Assembly: GCA_023410445.1 (NCBI GenBank)
Contig: JAEYPT010000006.1
Coordinates: forward strand, 157,286-221,285
Source: Bacillota bacterium
GTDB lineage: Bacteria; Bacillota; Clostridia; Oscillospirales; Acutalibacteraceae
Length of the DNA stretch: 64,000 nt
Direction: 5' to 3'
Within the stretch, counting starts at the first letter, position 1; every line of letters begins with the position of its first letter. Below the pieces are notes generated by a model. It saw only the letters and a program-made list of their open reading frames with translations, made no database searches and had not been told where the DNA came from. This document shows positions 19,421-29,430 of the stretch, one piece after another. The translations under genes and the position numbers were made by a program.

Positions 19421-19831
19421 GTGCTTATTACCAAAGAGACTGACTACGCACTGCGAATTCTGCGGGCGCTGGCAAACGGAGAACAGCTTACCGCGACGGC
19501 GCTGGCCGAGGGAGAACAGGTTCCGAAGCAGTTTGCTTACAAGATTCTGAAAAAGCTGGAAAAGGCCGGATTTGTCCGCATTCTTCGCGGCGCGGAAGGC
19601 GGCTGCTTTCTGACGGCCAACCTTAGACAGACTACCCTGTATCAGCTGATGCAGGCAATGGAGGAGGATTCCGCCATCAGCACCTGCATGAATCCGAATT
19701 ACTCATGCCCATGGCGCAGCGCCCACGACGGCAGAACCTGCCGCACCCATCTGCATTTGCTGGCCATTCAGAAAAAGCTCGACCGGGAGCTGGACTCCCA
19801 CGCCCTGCATGAAATCCTGTTCGGCGACTGA
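19421..19831 (+). CDS. Rrf2-family transcriptional regulator (Cys-containing, possible Fe-S)
   Basis: ETDYALRIL, KILKKL, RGAEGG, C-x6-C-x9-C; GTG 19421 follows AGGAGG. Confidence 0.9.
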   Translation: MLITKETDYALRILRALANGEQLTATALAEGEQVPKQFAYKILKKLEKAGFVRILRGAEGGCFLTANLRQTTLYQLMQAMEEDSAISTCMNPNYSCPWRSAHDGRTCRTHLHLLAIQKKLDRELDSHALHEILFGD

Positions 19832-19843
19832 ATTTTTTTATCC

Positions 19844-19874
19844 GCTATACTTGATAAAAACCATCAAGTATAGC
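19844..19874. promoter_or_regulatory. Putative Rrf2 operator
   Basis: Perfect GCTATACTTGAT-N7-ATCAAGTATAGC; degenerate copies at 19360-19382 and 19911-19933. Confidence 0.7.
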
Positions 19875-19959
19875 AAGCCGGTTTGGTGAGCCGGAAATTA
19901 GCAGCCTTATATCTGGACAATATTTATCAAGTATTAATATGGAAAGAAGGGGCAGCAGC

Positions 19960-21864
19960 ATGTTATTCAAAACCACACAGCAGCACGAGGAACTCCGGGC
20001 ACGGGTTCGGAAATTCGCGGAGGAAGAGGTAAAGCCTCTGGCCTTTCTGATGGACAAAGAGAACAGTTTTCCCGAAGAAGCGGTCGCCCAAATGGGAAAG
20101 ATGGGGCTGATGGGCATCCCCTACCCCAAAGAATACGGCGGCATGGGACTGGACGTAATCAGTTACGCCATCGCGGTGGAGGAGCTTTCCCGGGTGGACG
20201 GCGGCACCGGCGTAATCCTGTCGGCGCATACGTCTTTGGGCACCTGGCCGATTTCCGCGTTCGCAACGGAGGAGCAGAAAAAGAAGTACTTAATTCCGCT
20301 GTGCAAGGGTGAAAAACTCGGCGCGTTCGGCCTGACGGAAACAAACGCGGGCTCCGACGCGGGCGGAACCGAGACAACTGCCGTGGATAAGGGCAGTTAT
20401 TACCTGCTTAACGGCGGCAAAATATTCATCACCAATGCGCCAAAGGCGGATTTTTACGTGGTGTTCGCCGTCACAACTCCGGACATCGGCACGCGGGGTA
20501 TTTCCGCCTTTATTGTTGAAAAGGGCTGGAAGGGTTTTGAGTTCGGCGATCACTACGACAAGATGGGCATTCGCTCTTCCTGCACGGCAGAGTTGATCTT
20601 CAACGATGTAAAGGTTCCGAAGGAAAACCTGCTCGGCAAGGAAGGCACCGGGTTCCGCATTGCGATGGCGACGCTGGACGGCGGCCGCATTGGCATCGCC
20701 GCCCAGGCGCTCGGCATCGCTCAGGGCGCCTTCGATCAGGCGGTGACCTACGCGAAGGAACGGGTCCAGTTCGGCAAGCCGATCGGGTTCCAGCAAGCAA
20801 TTTCCTTCAAGCTGGCCGACATGGCAACCAAACTCCGGACGGCGCGGTTCCTCGTCTACTCCGCGGCGGAGCTGAAGGAAAACCATGAGCCCTACGGCAT
20901 GGAATCCGCCATGGCAAAGCAGTACGCCTCCGATATTGCCCTTGAGGTCACCAACGACGCGCTCCAGATTTTCGGCGGCAGCGGATATCTGAAGGGCATG
21001 GAAGTGGAACGGATGTATCGCGACGCGCGCATCACCCCGATCTACGAGGGAACCAACGAAATTCAGCGCGTTGTCATTGCCTCCCACATTCTGGGCAAAC
21101 CGCCAAAGGAAGCCTCCTCCGCACGCCTGAGCAAACCCGCGCCGATTACCGGGCTGCGGAAAAAGATGATCTTCCGGGAAGGCGACGCGAAGGAACGGGT
21201 AACCGCTCTTGTGGAAGCGCTGAAAAAGGACGGCTACGACTTCACCGTCGGTATTCCGTCCGACACACCGATCGCCCTCGCGGAACGCGTGGTCTCCGCC
21301 GGGCAGGGCATCGGCGACAAGAAGAACATGAAGCTCATCGAGGCCCTTGCTCAGGCCGCCGGAGCCGCCATCGGCTCTTCCCGCCCCGTGGCGGAAACCC
21401 TGAAATATCTGCCCCTGAACCGCTATGTGGGCATGTCCGGCCAGAAATTCACCGGAAACCTCTACATTGCCTGCGGCATCTCCGGGGCCAACCAGCACCT
21501 AAAGGGAATCAAGGACGCCTCCACGATTGTGGCGATCAACAAAAATGCGAACGCCCCGATCTTCCGGAACTGCGATTACGGCATTGTCGGCGATTTGCAG
21601 GAGATTCTTCCCCTGCTGACCGAAGCGCTGGGCGCCGGTGAAAAACAGCCCGCGCCGCCCATGGTGAAAATCAAGCGCCCCGCCCCGCCGAAGCCGGAGC
21701 CGATCGGTCCCCGGTACATCTGCGGCGGCTGCGGTTACGAATACATACCGGAGCTCGGCGACGAAGACGGCGAAGTGGCCCCCGGCACCCTGTTTAAGGA
21801 TCTTCCGGAAGACTGGGTCTGCCCCGAGTGTGCCGAAGCCAAAGATCAGTTTATTGAAGCCTGA
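19960..21864 (+). CDS. Acyl-CoA (butyryl-CoA) dehydrogenase - ETF alpha FAD domain - rubredoxin fusion
   Basis: ACAD motifs [11 protein letters not shown] and [13 protein letters not shown]-alpha motifs GSSRPV and [12 protein letters not shown]; rubredoxin CGGC and WVCPEC. Confidence 0.92.
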   Translation: MLFKTTQQHEELRARVRKFAEEEVKPLAFLMDKENSFPEEAVAQMGKMGLMGIPYPKEYGGMGLDVISYAIAVEELSRVDGGTGVILSAHTSLGTWPISAFATEEQKKKYLIPLCKGEKLGAFGLTETNAGSDAGGTETTAVDKGSYYLLNGGKIFITNAPKADFYVVFAVTTPDIGTRGISAFIVEKGWKGFEFGDHYDKMGIRSSCTAELIFNDVKVPKENLLGKEGTGFRIAMATLDGGRIGIAAQALGIAQGAFDQAVTYAKERVQFGKPIGFQQAISFKLADMATKLRTARFLVYSAAELKENHEPYGMESAMAKQYASDIALEVTNDALQIFGGSGYLKGMEVERMYRDARITPIYEGTNEIQRVVIASHILGKPPKEASSARLSKPAPITGLRKKMIFREGDAKERVTALVEALKKDGYDFTVGIPSDTPIALAERVVSAGQGIGDKKNMKLIEALAQAAGAAIGSSRPVAETLKYLPLNRYVGMSGQKFTGNLYIACGISGANQHLKGIKDASTIVAINKNANAPIFRNCDYGIVGDLQEILPLLTEALGAGEKQPAPPMVKIKRPAPPKPEPIGPRYICGGCGYEYIPELGDEDGEVAPGTLFKDLPEDWVCPECAEAKDQFIEA

Positions 21865-21878
21865 GGGAGGTTTGAACG

Positions 21879-23090
21879 ATGTATTGTGTGAGAAACGTAA
21901 CGGAAGATCTGTACTGGGTGGGCGCCAACGACCACCGGCTTGCCCTGTTTGAAAACGTATACCCCATTCCACGGGGTGTTTCCTATAATTCCTATCTGCT
22001 GACGGATGAAAAAACCGTGCTGTTTGATACGGTGGACTGGGGCGCCTGCCGCCAGTTTCTGGAGAACGTGGAGCATGTGCTCAACGGGAAGCCGCTCGAT
22101 TATCTGGTCATCAACCATCTGGAGCCGGATCATGCCGCCTGCATTGAGGAAGTCCTGCTCCGCTGGCCCGGCGTGACGCTCATCAGCAACGAAAAAGCGT
22201 TCATGCTGATGCGGCAGTTCGGCTTCTCTGTAGATGCACATAAAGAAATCGAAGTGAAGGAGGGCGACACGTTTAGCTTTGGGAAACACACGGTCACCTT
22301 CGTGTTTGCTCCGATGGTCCACTGGCCCGAGGCAATGGTCACCTTCGACGTCACAAACGGAGCGCTGTTCTCGGCGGACGCCTTCGGAACCTTCGGCGCG
22401 CTGGACGGCAAGCTGTTCGCGGACGAGGTGAACTTTGACCGTGACTGGCTGGACGACGCCCGCCGCTACCTGACCAACATTGTGGGGAAATACGGCCCTC
22501 ACATTCAGCTGCTGCTGAAAAAAGCAGGCGGCATTCTGGATCAGATCAAATTCATCTGCCCGCTGCACGGCCCCGTGTGGCGCAAGGACCTGATGTATTT
22601 CATTCAGAAATACGACACCTGGAGCCGCTATCTGCCCGAGGAAAAAGGCGTAATGATCGTTTACGCATCGATGTACGGGAACACGGAATCCGCCGCACAG
22701 GCGTTGGCCGCGAAGCTCTGCGAAAAAGGGATGACCAAGGTGGCCGTCTACGACGTATCCTCCACCCATGTTTCACAGCTGATTTCCGAAGCCTTTAAGT
22801 ACAGCCATCTGGTGCTGGCCTCGGTGACGTACAATCTCGGCATTTACCCTGCCATGCACGATTTTCTGATGGACATGAAAGCGCTGAACGTGCAGAACCG
22901 CACCGCTGCCATTGTGGAAAACGGCTCGTGGGCCTGCAAATCCGGCGACCTGATCCAGAAGTTCCTGACGGAGGAAATGAAGGACATCACCGTGCTCAAC
23001 GAACGGCTGAGTATGGCCTCCTCCCTGAGTCAGGAAAAAGGACCGGAGCTCGACGCCCTTGTCAACGCTATTCTGGAATCCATGAAATAA
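21879..23090 (+). CDS. fprA: Flavodiiron protein (A-type flavoprotein; O2/NO reductase)
   Basis: HLEPDH, VHWPE, SADAFG, PLHGP diiron ligands; flavodoxin YASMYGNTE. Confidence 0.92.
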   Translation: MYCVRNVTEDLYWVGANDHRLALFENVYPIPRGVSYNSYLLTDEKTVLFDTVDWGACRQFLENVEHVLNGKPLDYLVINHLEPDHAACIEEVLLRWPGVTLISNEKAFMLMRQFGFSVDAHKEIEVKEGDTFSFGKHTVTFVFAPMVHWPEAMVTFDVTNGALFSADAFGTFGALDGKLFADEVNFDRDWLDDARRYLTNIVGKYGPHIQLLLKKAGGILDQIKFICPLHGPVWRKDLMYFIQKYDTWSRYLPEEKGVMIVYASMYGNTESAAQALAAKLCEKGMTKVAVYDVSSTHVSQLISEAFKYSHLVLASVTYNLGIYPAMHDFLMDMKALNVQNRTAAIVENGSWACKSGDLIQKFLTEEMKDITVLNERLSMASSLSQEKGPELDALVNAILESMK

Positions 23091-23112
23091 AACAACCCAA
23101 GACAAAATTTTT

Positions 23113-23148
23113 AGCCCCCGCGGTCTTTTCGACTGCGGGGGCTTTGTT
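23113..23148 (+). terminator. Intrinsic terminator
   Basis: AGCCCCCGCGGTC / GACTGCGGGGGCT followed by a T-rich tail. Confidence 0.8.
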
Positions 23149-23189
23149 GTTTGTTCTGCCCTTTGAGCCTTCCTGTTTCTTGTCGTAAT

Positions 23190-23229
23190 TTGACAAAATT
23201 AGTTGTCTATAATATAATTGATATATCAA
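23190..23229 (+). promoter_or_regulatory. Consensus sigma-A promoter with overlapping putative MarR operator
   Basis: TTGACA (23190)-17 bp-TATAAT (23213); palindrome TTGATATATCAA at 23218-23229. Confidence 0.8.
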
Positions 23230-23252
23230 CTAAAATACAAGGGGGATCATTT

Positions 23253-23702
23253 ATGGAAACTTCCTTTGATGAAATGATTGGGCTGCAAACCAACCAGATG
23301 AATAAAAAGATGCTGCGGTTCCTGAATCGAAGCCTGGAATGGTATGAACTTACGCTTGAGCAATGGGTCGTACTGTCTACCTTGGCGGAGCAGGACAACA
23401 TTAACCAGAAAACGCTGTCCGTAAAAATCGGGAAGGATCCGACTTCCCTGTTGCGGATCTTAGATATTATGGAGAAAAAGGGCTTTCTTGAACGAAGGCA
23501 GTTTCCGGGCGACCGGAGGGCCTCTTCTCTGTTTATTACGGACGAAGGCAAACGGCTGAAAAATGAAGTAGCACCATTTATCGAAGACCGATTTCAGGAA
23601 ATTACAGCAGGCATCCCGGAAAATGAAATTGAGATTTATGAGCGCGTTGTGAAAGAAATCGACCATAATCTCGATGGATTATTGGAGAAAGGCAAAGATT
23701 AA
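23253..23702 (+). CDS. MarR-family transcriptional regulator
   Basis: LTLEQWVVL, NQKTL, DRRA, ITDEG; ATG follows GGGGGA. Confidence 0.9.
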   Translation: METSFDEMIGLQTNQMNKKMLRFLNRSLEWYELTLEQWVVLSTLAEQDNINQKTLSVKIGKDPTSLLRILDIMEKKGFLERRQFPGDRRASSLFITDEGKRLKNEVAPFIEDRFQEITAGIPENEIEIYERVVKEIDHNLDGLLEKGKD

Positions 23703-23726
23703 ATTATAATTGGAGGATCAGCATTC

Positions 23727-25208
23727 ATGTCAGTTTTGCAAACCACTCACACTTTAAACAGTTCCGGCGAAGGGTCTTTTCATGTCGGAAGAATTACCGC
23801 CGTATTAACCATGTCCGGTTTTTTCTGTATGCTGAATGAAACCGTGCTGAATATGGCATTAAACAGCATTATGAATCAATTCGGCATTTCGGCCGTTACC
23901 GCCCAGTGGCTCAGTACGGGTTATATGTTGATTATGGGAATCTCCATTCCTGTATCGGCATTTTTTATTCAGACGATAAAGACACGGCAGTTATATATTA
24001 CTTCGATGCTGATTTTCATTTTCGGCACACTGGTAAGCGGCTTTGCGTCGGCCTTCCCGGTGCTTTTCGCCGGCCGCCTGATTCAGGCAATCGGCACCGG
24101 ATTGCTGATCCCCAACATTGTAAATACGCTAATTATAATCAATCCGGTGGAGAAACGTGGGAAAGCATTGGGCATTTTTAACCTGGTCATGTTTTTCGCT
24201 CCGGCTGTGGGTCCCGTCCTTTCCGGTATCATTGTTCAATCCCTGAATTGGAGATGGCTGTTCTTTACCATTCTGCCGTTCAGTGCCATAGCCCTTATTT
24301 TGGGTGTCGTCCATCTTGAGAATGTAACAGAATTGTCGAAACCGCATCTTGACCTGATCTCGGTTCTTCTCTCCACACTGGGTTTTGGCGGTTTAATCTA
24401 TGGAGCCAGTAATCTTGGCTCAGGTCAAATGGGAATGGTTGTTGCTCCCATGCTGATCGGTGCCATCGCATTGATTCTGTTTGGTTTGAGACAATTAAAC
24501 TTGAAAGAGCCCATGCTTGATATAAGAGCTTTTCAATATCCGATGTTCACAATCGGAACGCTGCTGATTATCATCATGCATATGGTCAATTTCGCAATCA
24601 TGCTTCTGCTTCCGCTCTTTATGGAAGGGGCGATGGGGTTAAGCGCCTTTACCGCCGGACTGATCATGCTGCCGGGCGGGATCATCAACGGTATTGTGGC
24701 GCCGATTTCCGGAAGCATTTATGATAAGTACGGACCAAAGGTGCTGATTTTCCCAGGCTTTTTATTATCGGCGGCTGTATTTTTTACCCTTGCGCATGTG
24801 ATGACCGTTTCCATTTCCATCCCGGTGATCATCGCGTTACACTGCCTTTCTTTAATTGCCGTTGGGATGATCAATACGCCGACGCAGACAAACAGCCTGA
24901 ATCAACTAACGCCCGCACTGTATCCGCATGGGACCGCAATCACCAATACGCTGCAGCAAATCGGCGGAGCGTTTGGAACCTCGCTTTTTATTGCCATCAT
25001 GACGGCGGGCCAGAATAGCTTTTTAATCGGAACAGTAACGAAGGACCCGTCAATTCAGGCGCAGGCGTTGGCCGCAGGAGTCCGGCAGTCGTTAACGGTC
25101 GCCTTTTTCATCCTGATGATCGGGGTTATTCTTGCTTTCTTTGTACAGCGCGGCACCGATAAAAGGGTAGAGAACCGCTTGCAGGAAGAAGATAGTTCGG
25201 CCGCGTAG
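23727..25208 (+). CDS. DHA2-family MFS efflux permease (LmrB-like)
   Basis: LNETVLNMAL, QWLSTGYML, GRLIQAIG, APAVGPVLSG; about 14 TM helices. Confidence 0.9.
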   Translation: MSVLQTTHTLNSSGEGSFHVGRITAVLTMSGFFCMLNETVLNMALNSIMNQFGISAVTAQWLSTGYMLIMGISIPVSAFFIQTIKTRQLYITSMLIFIFGTLVSGFASAFPVLFAGRLIQAIGTGLLIPNIVNTLIIINPVEKRGKALGIFNLVMFFAPAVGPVLSGIIVQSLNWRWLFFTILPFSAIALILGVVHLENVTELSKPHLDLISVLLSTLGFGGLIYGASNLGSGQMGMVVAPMLIGAIALILFGLRQLNLKEPMLDIRAFQYPMFTIGTLLIIIMHMVNFAIMLLLPLFMEGAMGLSAFTAGLIMLPGGIINGIVAPISGSIYDKYGPKVLIFPGFLLSAAVFFTLAHVMTVSISIPVIIALHCLSLIAVGMINTPTQTNSLNQLTPALYPHGTAITNTLQQIGGAFGTSLFIAIMTAGQNSFLIGTVTKDPSIQAQALAAGVRQSLTVAFFILMIGVILAFFVQRGTDKRVENRLQEEDSSAA

Positions 25209-25250
25209 GAAGGGCAAAAATATCATAACCCTCCCAGTCGTGACAAAGCA

Positions 25251-25285
25251 AAAGGAGCAGTTCCATGGAACTGCTCCTTTGTTTT
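25251..25285. terminator. Bidirectional terminator
   Basis: Perfect 30-bp palindrome AAAGGAGCAGTTCCATGGAACTGCTCCTTT between convergent genes. Confidence 0.8.
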
Positions 25286-25309
25286 ATTACCCACGGAAAA
25301 TTCGCGGCT

Positions 25310-27304
25310 TTAGATATGGTTGGCAACCTCAAAGGCGTCCCAGATTGCGTACATGATATTCGACACATCTTTGGCGTCGCCCAGCAGGTAAAGCTCCGGA
25401 ACCTCGAATTCAAGCTGTTGATGCAGGCTGTTTTCCGAGCGGTAACCGACCGAAAGAATCACGCTGTCGCAGGCGATTTCCTTTGTCTCGCCGCCGACTT
25501 CCATGGAAACCTTTCCGCCCTGATAGCCGGAAACCTTCGCGCCCGTCACCACATCGATGTGATTATAGGGGATCAGCCGTTCCAGCATTTCGCGGTTCGC
25601 GCTGCAAAGCGGTCCGTTCACAGCGAGGAGCTTACCGAGAGCCTCCACGATGGTGACCTTTTTGCCCTGCTTCGCGAGCCACAGCGCGGTTTCACAGCCG
25701 ACCAGACCGCCGCCGATGACGACAGTGCTCTCGCCGGGATTCTTGACGCCGTTCAGGACATCCGCCGCTGTGTAAACATGAGCGTCGTCACCGAGGGAGA
25801 ACACCTTCGGGGTCGAGCCAGTCGCTACGATCACGGCGTCGTAATCATGGGAAAGCACAAAGTCCTTGCTCACTTTGGTGTTCAGCGTAACCGGAACCTT
25901 CAGAACCTTCATCTGGTTCGTGTACCAGTACGCCAGCCGGCGGTCGTCTTCCTTAAAGCCCGGAGCGCCGCCGGGAATCAGGTTGCCGCCCAGCTGTGAG
26001 GACTGATCGAACAGTTCCGGCTTGTGCCCACGGAGGGCAAGCACGCGAGCCGCTTCGCAGCCTGCTACGCCGCCGCCGACAATGAGGACCTTCTTCGGCT
26101 TGAGAATGGGATTATAAGCGGTAACGCGCTCGCGGGCCGCCTGCGGGTTCACCGCGCAGTTAAGTGCGGAATACTCCTGAATGCGGCCCATGCAGCCCTC
26201 CTGACAGGAAATGCAGGGGCGGATTTCCGCCGCGCGGGAAGCGCGGAGCTTATTGACGTAGTCGGGGTCCGCAAGCAACGGACGGCCCAGTCCGATCATG
26301 TCGCAGACGCCTTCTTCCACGGCCCGGAGCGCCATATCGGGGTCGTCCATCCTGCCGGCGCAGGTAACCGGCACGTTGACGGCTTCCTTCACCAGTTTGC
26401 AGTAAGGACGGTAAAGGCCCTTTTCCTGATACATCGGCGGATGATTCCACCACCAGGCATCGTAGGTTCCGACATCCACATCAAGGGCTTCGTAGCCGTA
26501 GGAAACTAGCAGCTTCGCCGCTTCGATTCCTTCCGCAATGTCGCGGCCCTTTTCCTCAAACTCTTCACCTGGGAGAGCGCCCTCGCGCCAGTCCTTGATC
26601 ATGCTCTTGAGGCTGAAGCGCAGGGAAACCGGGAAATCCGCGCCGCAGCGCCTCTTGATTTCCTCCACCACTTCACGAGCGAAGCGGAGCCGGTTTTCCA
26701 GCGGTCCGCCGTATTCATCCGTGCGCTGATTGAACATGGAAATGGCGAACTGGTCGAGCAGGTACCCTTCGTGCACCGCGTGAATCTGCACGCCGTCGAA
26801 GCCCGCGCGCTTTGCGTTAAAGGCGCCGTCGCCGAAGGATTTGATGATACTGTGGATTTCCTCTACCGTCAGCGGGCGGCAGATTTTATCCAGCCAACGG
26901 TGCGGAATCGCCGAGGGGGCAACCGGCGGAAATTCTCCGAGGTTCGTCGGGATCGTCACCCGGCCGAACCCGGCCGACATCTGCAGGAAAATCACACTGC
27001 CGTAGGCGTGGACGCGCTCCGTCATTTCCCGTGCGGTCCGGATAAAATGGACCGGGTTATAGGTGGAATTCGGGGTGCTCGGCATGGTCGGCTTTTCCAC
27101 CTCGCAGTCCGAAAAGGTAACGCCGGTAATAATCAGGCCCGTGCCGCCTTTCGCGCGCTCCGTGTAATAATCGATGCCGCGCTGGTTGAAGCCGCCTTCC
27201 GAATCCGAAAGACCAAGCGGCCCCATCGGAGCCATGCAGAACCGGTTCTTGATTTCCACCTTCCCGATTTTAATCGGGGTGAACAGCTTTTGGTAAGGGT
27301 TCAT
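25310..27304 (-). CDS. NADH:flavin oxidoreductase / 2-enoate reductase (OYE barrel + 4Fe-4S + FAD domain)
   Basis: NRFCMAPM, GFDGVQIHAVHEGYL, CISCQEGC...CAVNP, two GGG dinucleotide-binding motifs; ATG 27304 follows AAGGAG. Confidence 0.9.
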   Translation of the reverse strand: MNPYQKLFTPIKIGKVEIKNRFCMAPMGPLGLSDSEGGFNQRGIDYYTERAKGGTGLIITGVTFSDCEVEKPTMPSTPNSTYNPVHFIRTAREMTERVHAYGSVIFLQMSAGFGRVTIPTNLGEFPPVAPSAIPHRWLDKICRPLTVEEIHSIIKSFGDGAFNAKRAGFDGVQIHAVHEGYLLDQFAISMFNQRTDEYGGPLENRLRFAREVVEEIKRRCGADFPVSLRFSLKSMIKDWREGALPGEEFEEKGRDIAEGIEAAKLLVSYGYEALDVDVGTYDAWWWNHPPMYQEKGLYRPYCKLVKEAVNVPVTCAGRMDDPDMALRAVEEGVCDMIGLGRPLLADPDYVNKLRASRAAEIRPCISCQEGCMGRIQEYSALNCAVNPQAARERVTAYNPILKPKKVLIVGGGVAGCEAARVLALRGHKPELFDQSSQLGGNLIPGGAPGFKEDDRRLAYWYTNQMKVLKVPVTLNTKVSKDFVLSHDYDAVIVATGSTPKVFSLGDDAHVYTAADVLNGVKNPGESTVVIGGGLVGCETALWLAKQGKKVTIVEALGKLLAVNGPLCSANREMLERLIPYNHIDVVTGAKVSGYQGGKVSMEVGGETKEIACDSVILSVGYRSENSLHQQLEFEVPELYLLGDAKDVSNIMYAIWDAFEVANHI

Positions 27305-27342
27305 CAATACCACTCCTTTGACGTTTCATTCTATTAAGCCCC

Positions 27343-27382
27343 ATTCTACTCTATTGTTAATAACATGTCAATATAGACATGT
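27343..27382 (-). promoter_or_regulatory. Sigma-A promoter of the enoate reductase, overlapped by a PadR-type operator
   Basis: Minus-strand TTGACA (27371-27366)-17 bp-TAGAAT (27348-27343); palindrome ACATGTC-N6-GACATGT contains ATGT-N8-ACAT. Confidence 0.75.
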
Positions 27383-27501
27383 CTAAGTTTGTCGGAAATT
27401 CAGTTCTTTAACAGGTCGGGATGAACCTGTCTGATTCCTAGTGAAAGTCTCTGGGAAATGTGTTAAAATAGAAACCGATAATCAAAGAGAGGATCAAACG
27501 T

Positions 27502-28056
27502 ATGCGTTTACTGAAATATGCGATTCTGGGGCTGATCAATCGGGCGCCGATCACCGGCTACGATATCGCCAAGGAATTCGACCGGGGCCTTGTAAACTTC
27601 TGGTATGCGACGCACAGTCAGATTTACCCGGAACTGCGCCGTTTAACAGAGGAAGGACTCGTCACGTTTGAAATCGATACCCGCGGCGACCGGCTGGAAA
27701 AGAAGCGGTACCTCATTACGGAAAAGGGCAAGCACGAACTGTGGGACTGGCTTTGTGTCACCGACGAGCTGGAGCCCACCCCGAAAGACGTCTTTCGCCT
27801 GAAATTATATTATCTGAATGAAATCGATAAAAATACGGTTCTGGAGCATCTGCAGGATCAGCTTAAGAAACGGAGTCGGAAGCTGAACTATCTGGAGCAG
27901 AGCATGGAGACAAACCGGCGGGAAAGCAAAAGCTACGGCAAGGAATACAACGAAGAACTCGGGGACTATCTGGTCCTCTGCGGGGCGATTTCCCGCGAGA
28001 AAAGCTACGTCGAATGGATCAATTACTGTATCGATTATCTGAATAAGATCAAATAG
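27502..28056 (+). CDS. PadR-family repressor (long subfamily)
   Basis: LKYAILGL, TGYDI, FWYATHSQIYPEL, YLITEKG; C-terminal helical domain. Confidence 0.9.
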   Translation: MRLLKYAILGLINRAPITGYDIAKEFDRGLVNFWYATHSQIYPELRRLTEEGLVTFEIDTRGDRLEKKRYLITEKGKHELWDWLCVTDELEPTPKDVFRLKLYYLNEIDKNTVLEHLQDQLKKRSRKLNYLEQSMETNRRESKSYGKEYNEELGDYLVLCGAISREKSYVEWINYCIDYLNKIK

Positions 28057-28075
28057 GATCCCGCAAAGTTGCTTA

Positions 28076-28115
28076 AAAGGGACCGCCGCAAAACGAATTT
28101 GCAGCGGTCTTTTTT
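28076..28115 (+). terminator. Intrinsic terminator
   Basis: GACCGCCGCAAA / TTTGCAGCGGTC followed by a T-tract. Confidence 0.75.
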
Positions 28116-28221
28116 GTATTTAATTTACATTTTACAAATTCGATATGAGAATCTTACAGGCGGCTTATAGAATTGACGGGAACAAAAAAGAAAAAAAGAC
28201 GCTTGTAAAGGAGAAAATGGG

Positions 28222-29319
28222 ATGAAAAAGATTCTCGGAGCAGCCGTCTGCTTCCTCGCCGCGGTAACGGTACTTTCCGGGTGCGCGTCCGCTGCGCCCG
28301 TCTCAGCAACCAACCTGAACAGCATGACGCTTGACCAGATCACCGCAGAAGCCAAAAAAGAGGGCCGTGTCGATTCCGTCGGCATGCCGGACGATTGGGC
28401 AAACTGGAAGGGCACCTGGCAGGACCTGAAAACAAAGTACGGTCTGGACCACACCGACAAGGATATGTCCTCGGCGGAAGAACTCAGTGTTTTTGAAACG
28501 GAAAAGAACAACGCCACCAATGATATCGGCGACGTCGGTCAGTCCTTCGGGCCGGTCGCCGTCGGCAAGGGCCTGACGCTTCCGTATAAAACCAGCTACT
28601 GGAAGGATATTCCGGACTGGGCCAAAGACAAGGACGGCAACTGGATCATGGGCTACTACGGCACCATGGCAATTATCACCAACACAAAGCTCGTTCCCAA
28701 TCCGCCGAAGTCGTTCGCGGATATTCTTAACGGCAATTACAAAGTCAGCGTGGACGACGTCACCAAAGCAAGCCAGGCACAGAACACGGTCCTTTCCGCG
28801 GCAATTGCCAACGGCGGTTCTGAATCCAACATTCAGCCTGGACTGGATTATTTCAAAAAAATCGCCCAGCAGGGACGTTTGGACAAAGGCGAATTGACGC
28901 TTGCAAGACTTCAGAAGGGTGAAATTGCCGTTGCCTTCCTGTGGGATTACAACGCACTGAGCTACCGCGACGAGATCAAGAAGAGCGACCCCAGCGCTTC
29001 CTTCGAGGTGAGCATTCCCTCCGACGGTGCCATTCAGAGCGGCTACTGCGAAGTCATCAACAAATATTCCAAGCGTCCCTACGCGGCTGCTCTCGCCCGT
29101 GAATACATACTGAGCGACGCGGGTCAGATCAACCTTGCGCGCGGCTATGCGAAGCCGATCCGCAGCGACGTGAAGCTGCCGGACGACGTAAAAGCGAAGA
29201 TGCTGCCGAACGACGAGTATAAAAACGCCCGGTTCATCAAGGACCAGGACGGCTGGACCAAAACCTGCAAGGATATCGGAAGCAAGTGGCAGGAAGACGT
29301 CGTCACTGCGGCGAAATAG
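28222..29319 (+). CDS. ABC transporter substrate-binding lipoprotein (PotD/AfuA/PhnS-like fold)
   Basis: Lipobox LSGC; GMPDDWANW; LSDAGQINLARGYA; first gene of the ABC operon. Confidence 0.85.
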   Translation: MKKILGAAVCFLAAVTVLSGCASAAPVSATNLNSMTLDQITAEAKKEGRVDSVGMPDDWANWKGTWQDLKTKYGLDHTDKDMSSAEELSVFETEKNNATNDIGDVGQSFGPVAVGKGLTLPYKTSYWKDIPDWAKDKDGNWIMGYYGTMAIITNTKLVPNPPKSFADILNGNYKVSVDDVTKASQAQNTVLSAAIANGGSESNIQPGLDYFKKIAQQGRLDKGELTLARLQKGEIAVAFLWDYNALSYRDEIKKSDPSASFEVSIPSDGAIQSGYCEVINKYSKRPYAAALAREYILSDAGQINLARGYAKPIRSDVKLPDDVKAKMLPNDEYKNARFIKDQDGWTKTCKDIGSKWQEDVVTAAK

Positions 29320-29430
29320 GCAAAAATCAATCGATTGCCTCACTCTGGCAGAACACTCCTTCCTTGCGAAGAAGTGTTCTGCCGTCATAATTCCGGCAGT
29401 TATTTAAATGGATCGGAATGGGGATATAAA

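Noticed and set aside
19960..21864. Calling this the canonical bcd/etfAB of butyrate synthesis
   Set aside because: There is no separate EtfB or crt/hbd/thl nearby, and it is fused to rubredoxin and paired with an FDP.
25251..25280. Perfect 30-bp palindrome as a mobile element end or recombination site
   Set aside because: It has A/T flanks and sits between convergent genes, so a bidirectional terminator explains it; I saw no second copy.
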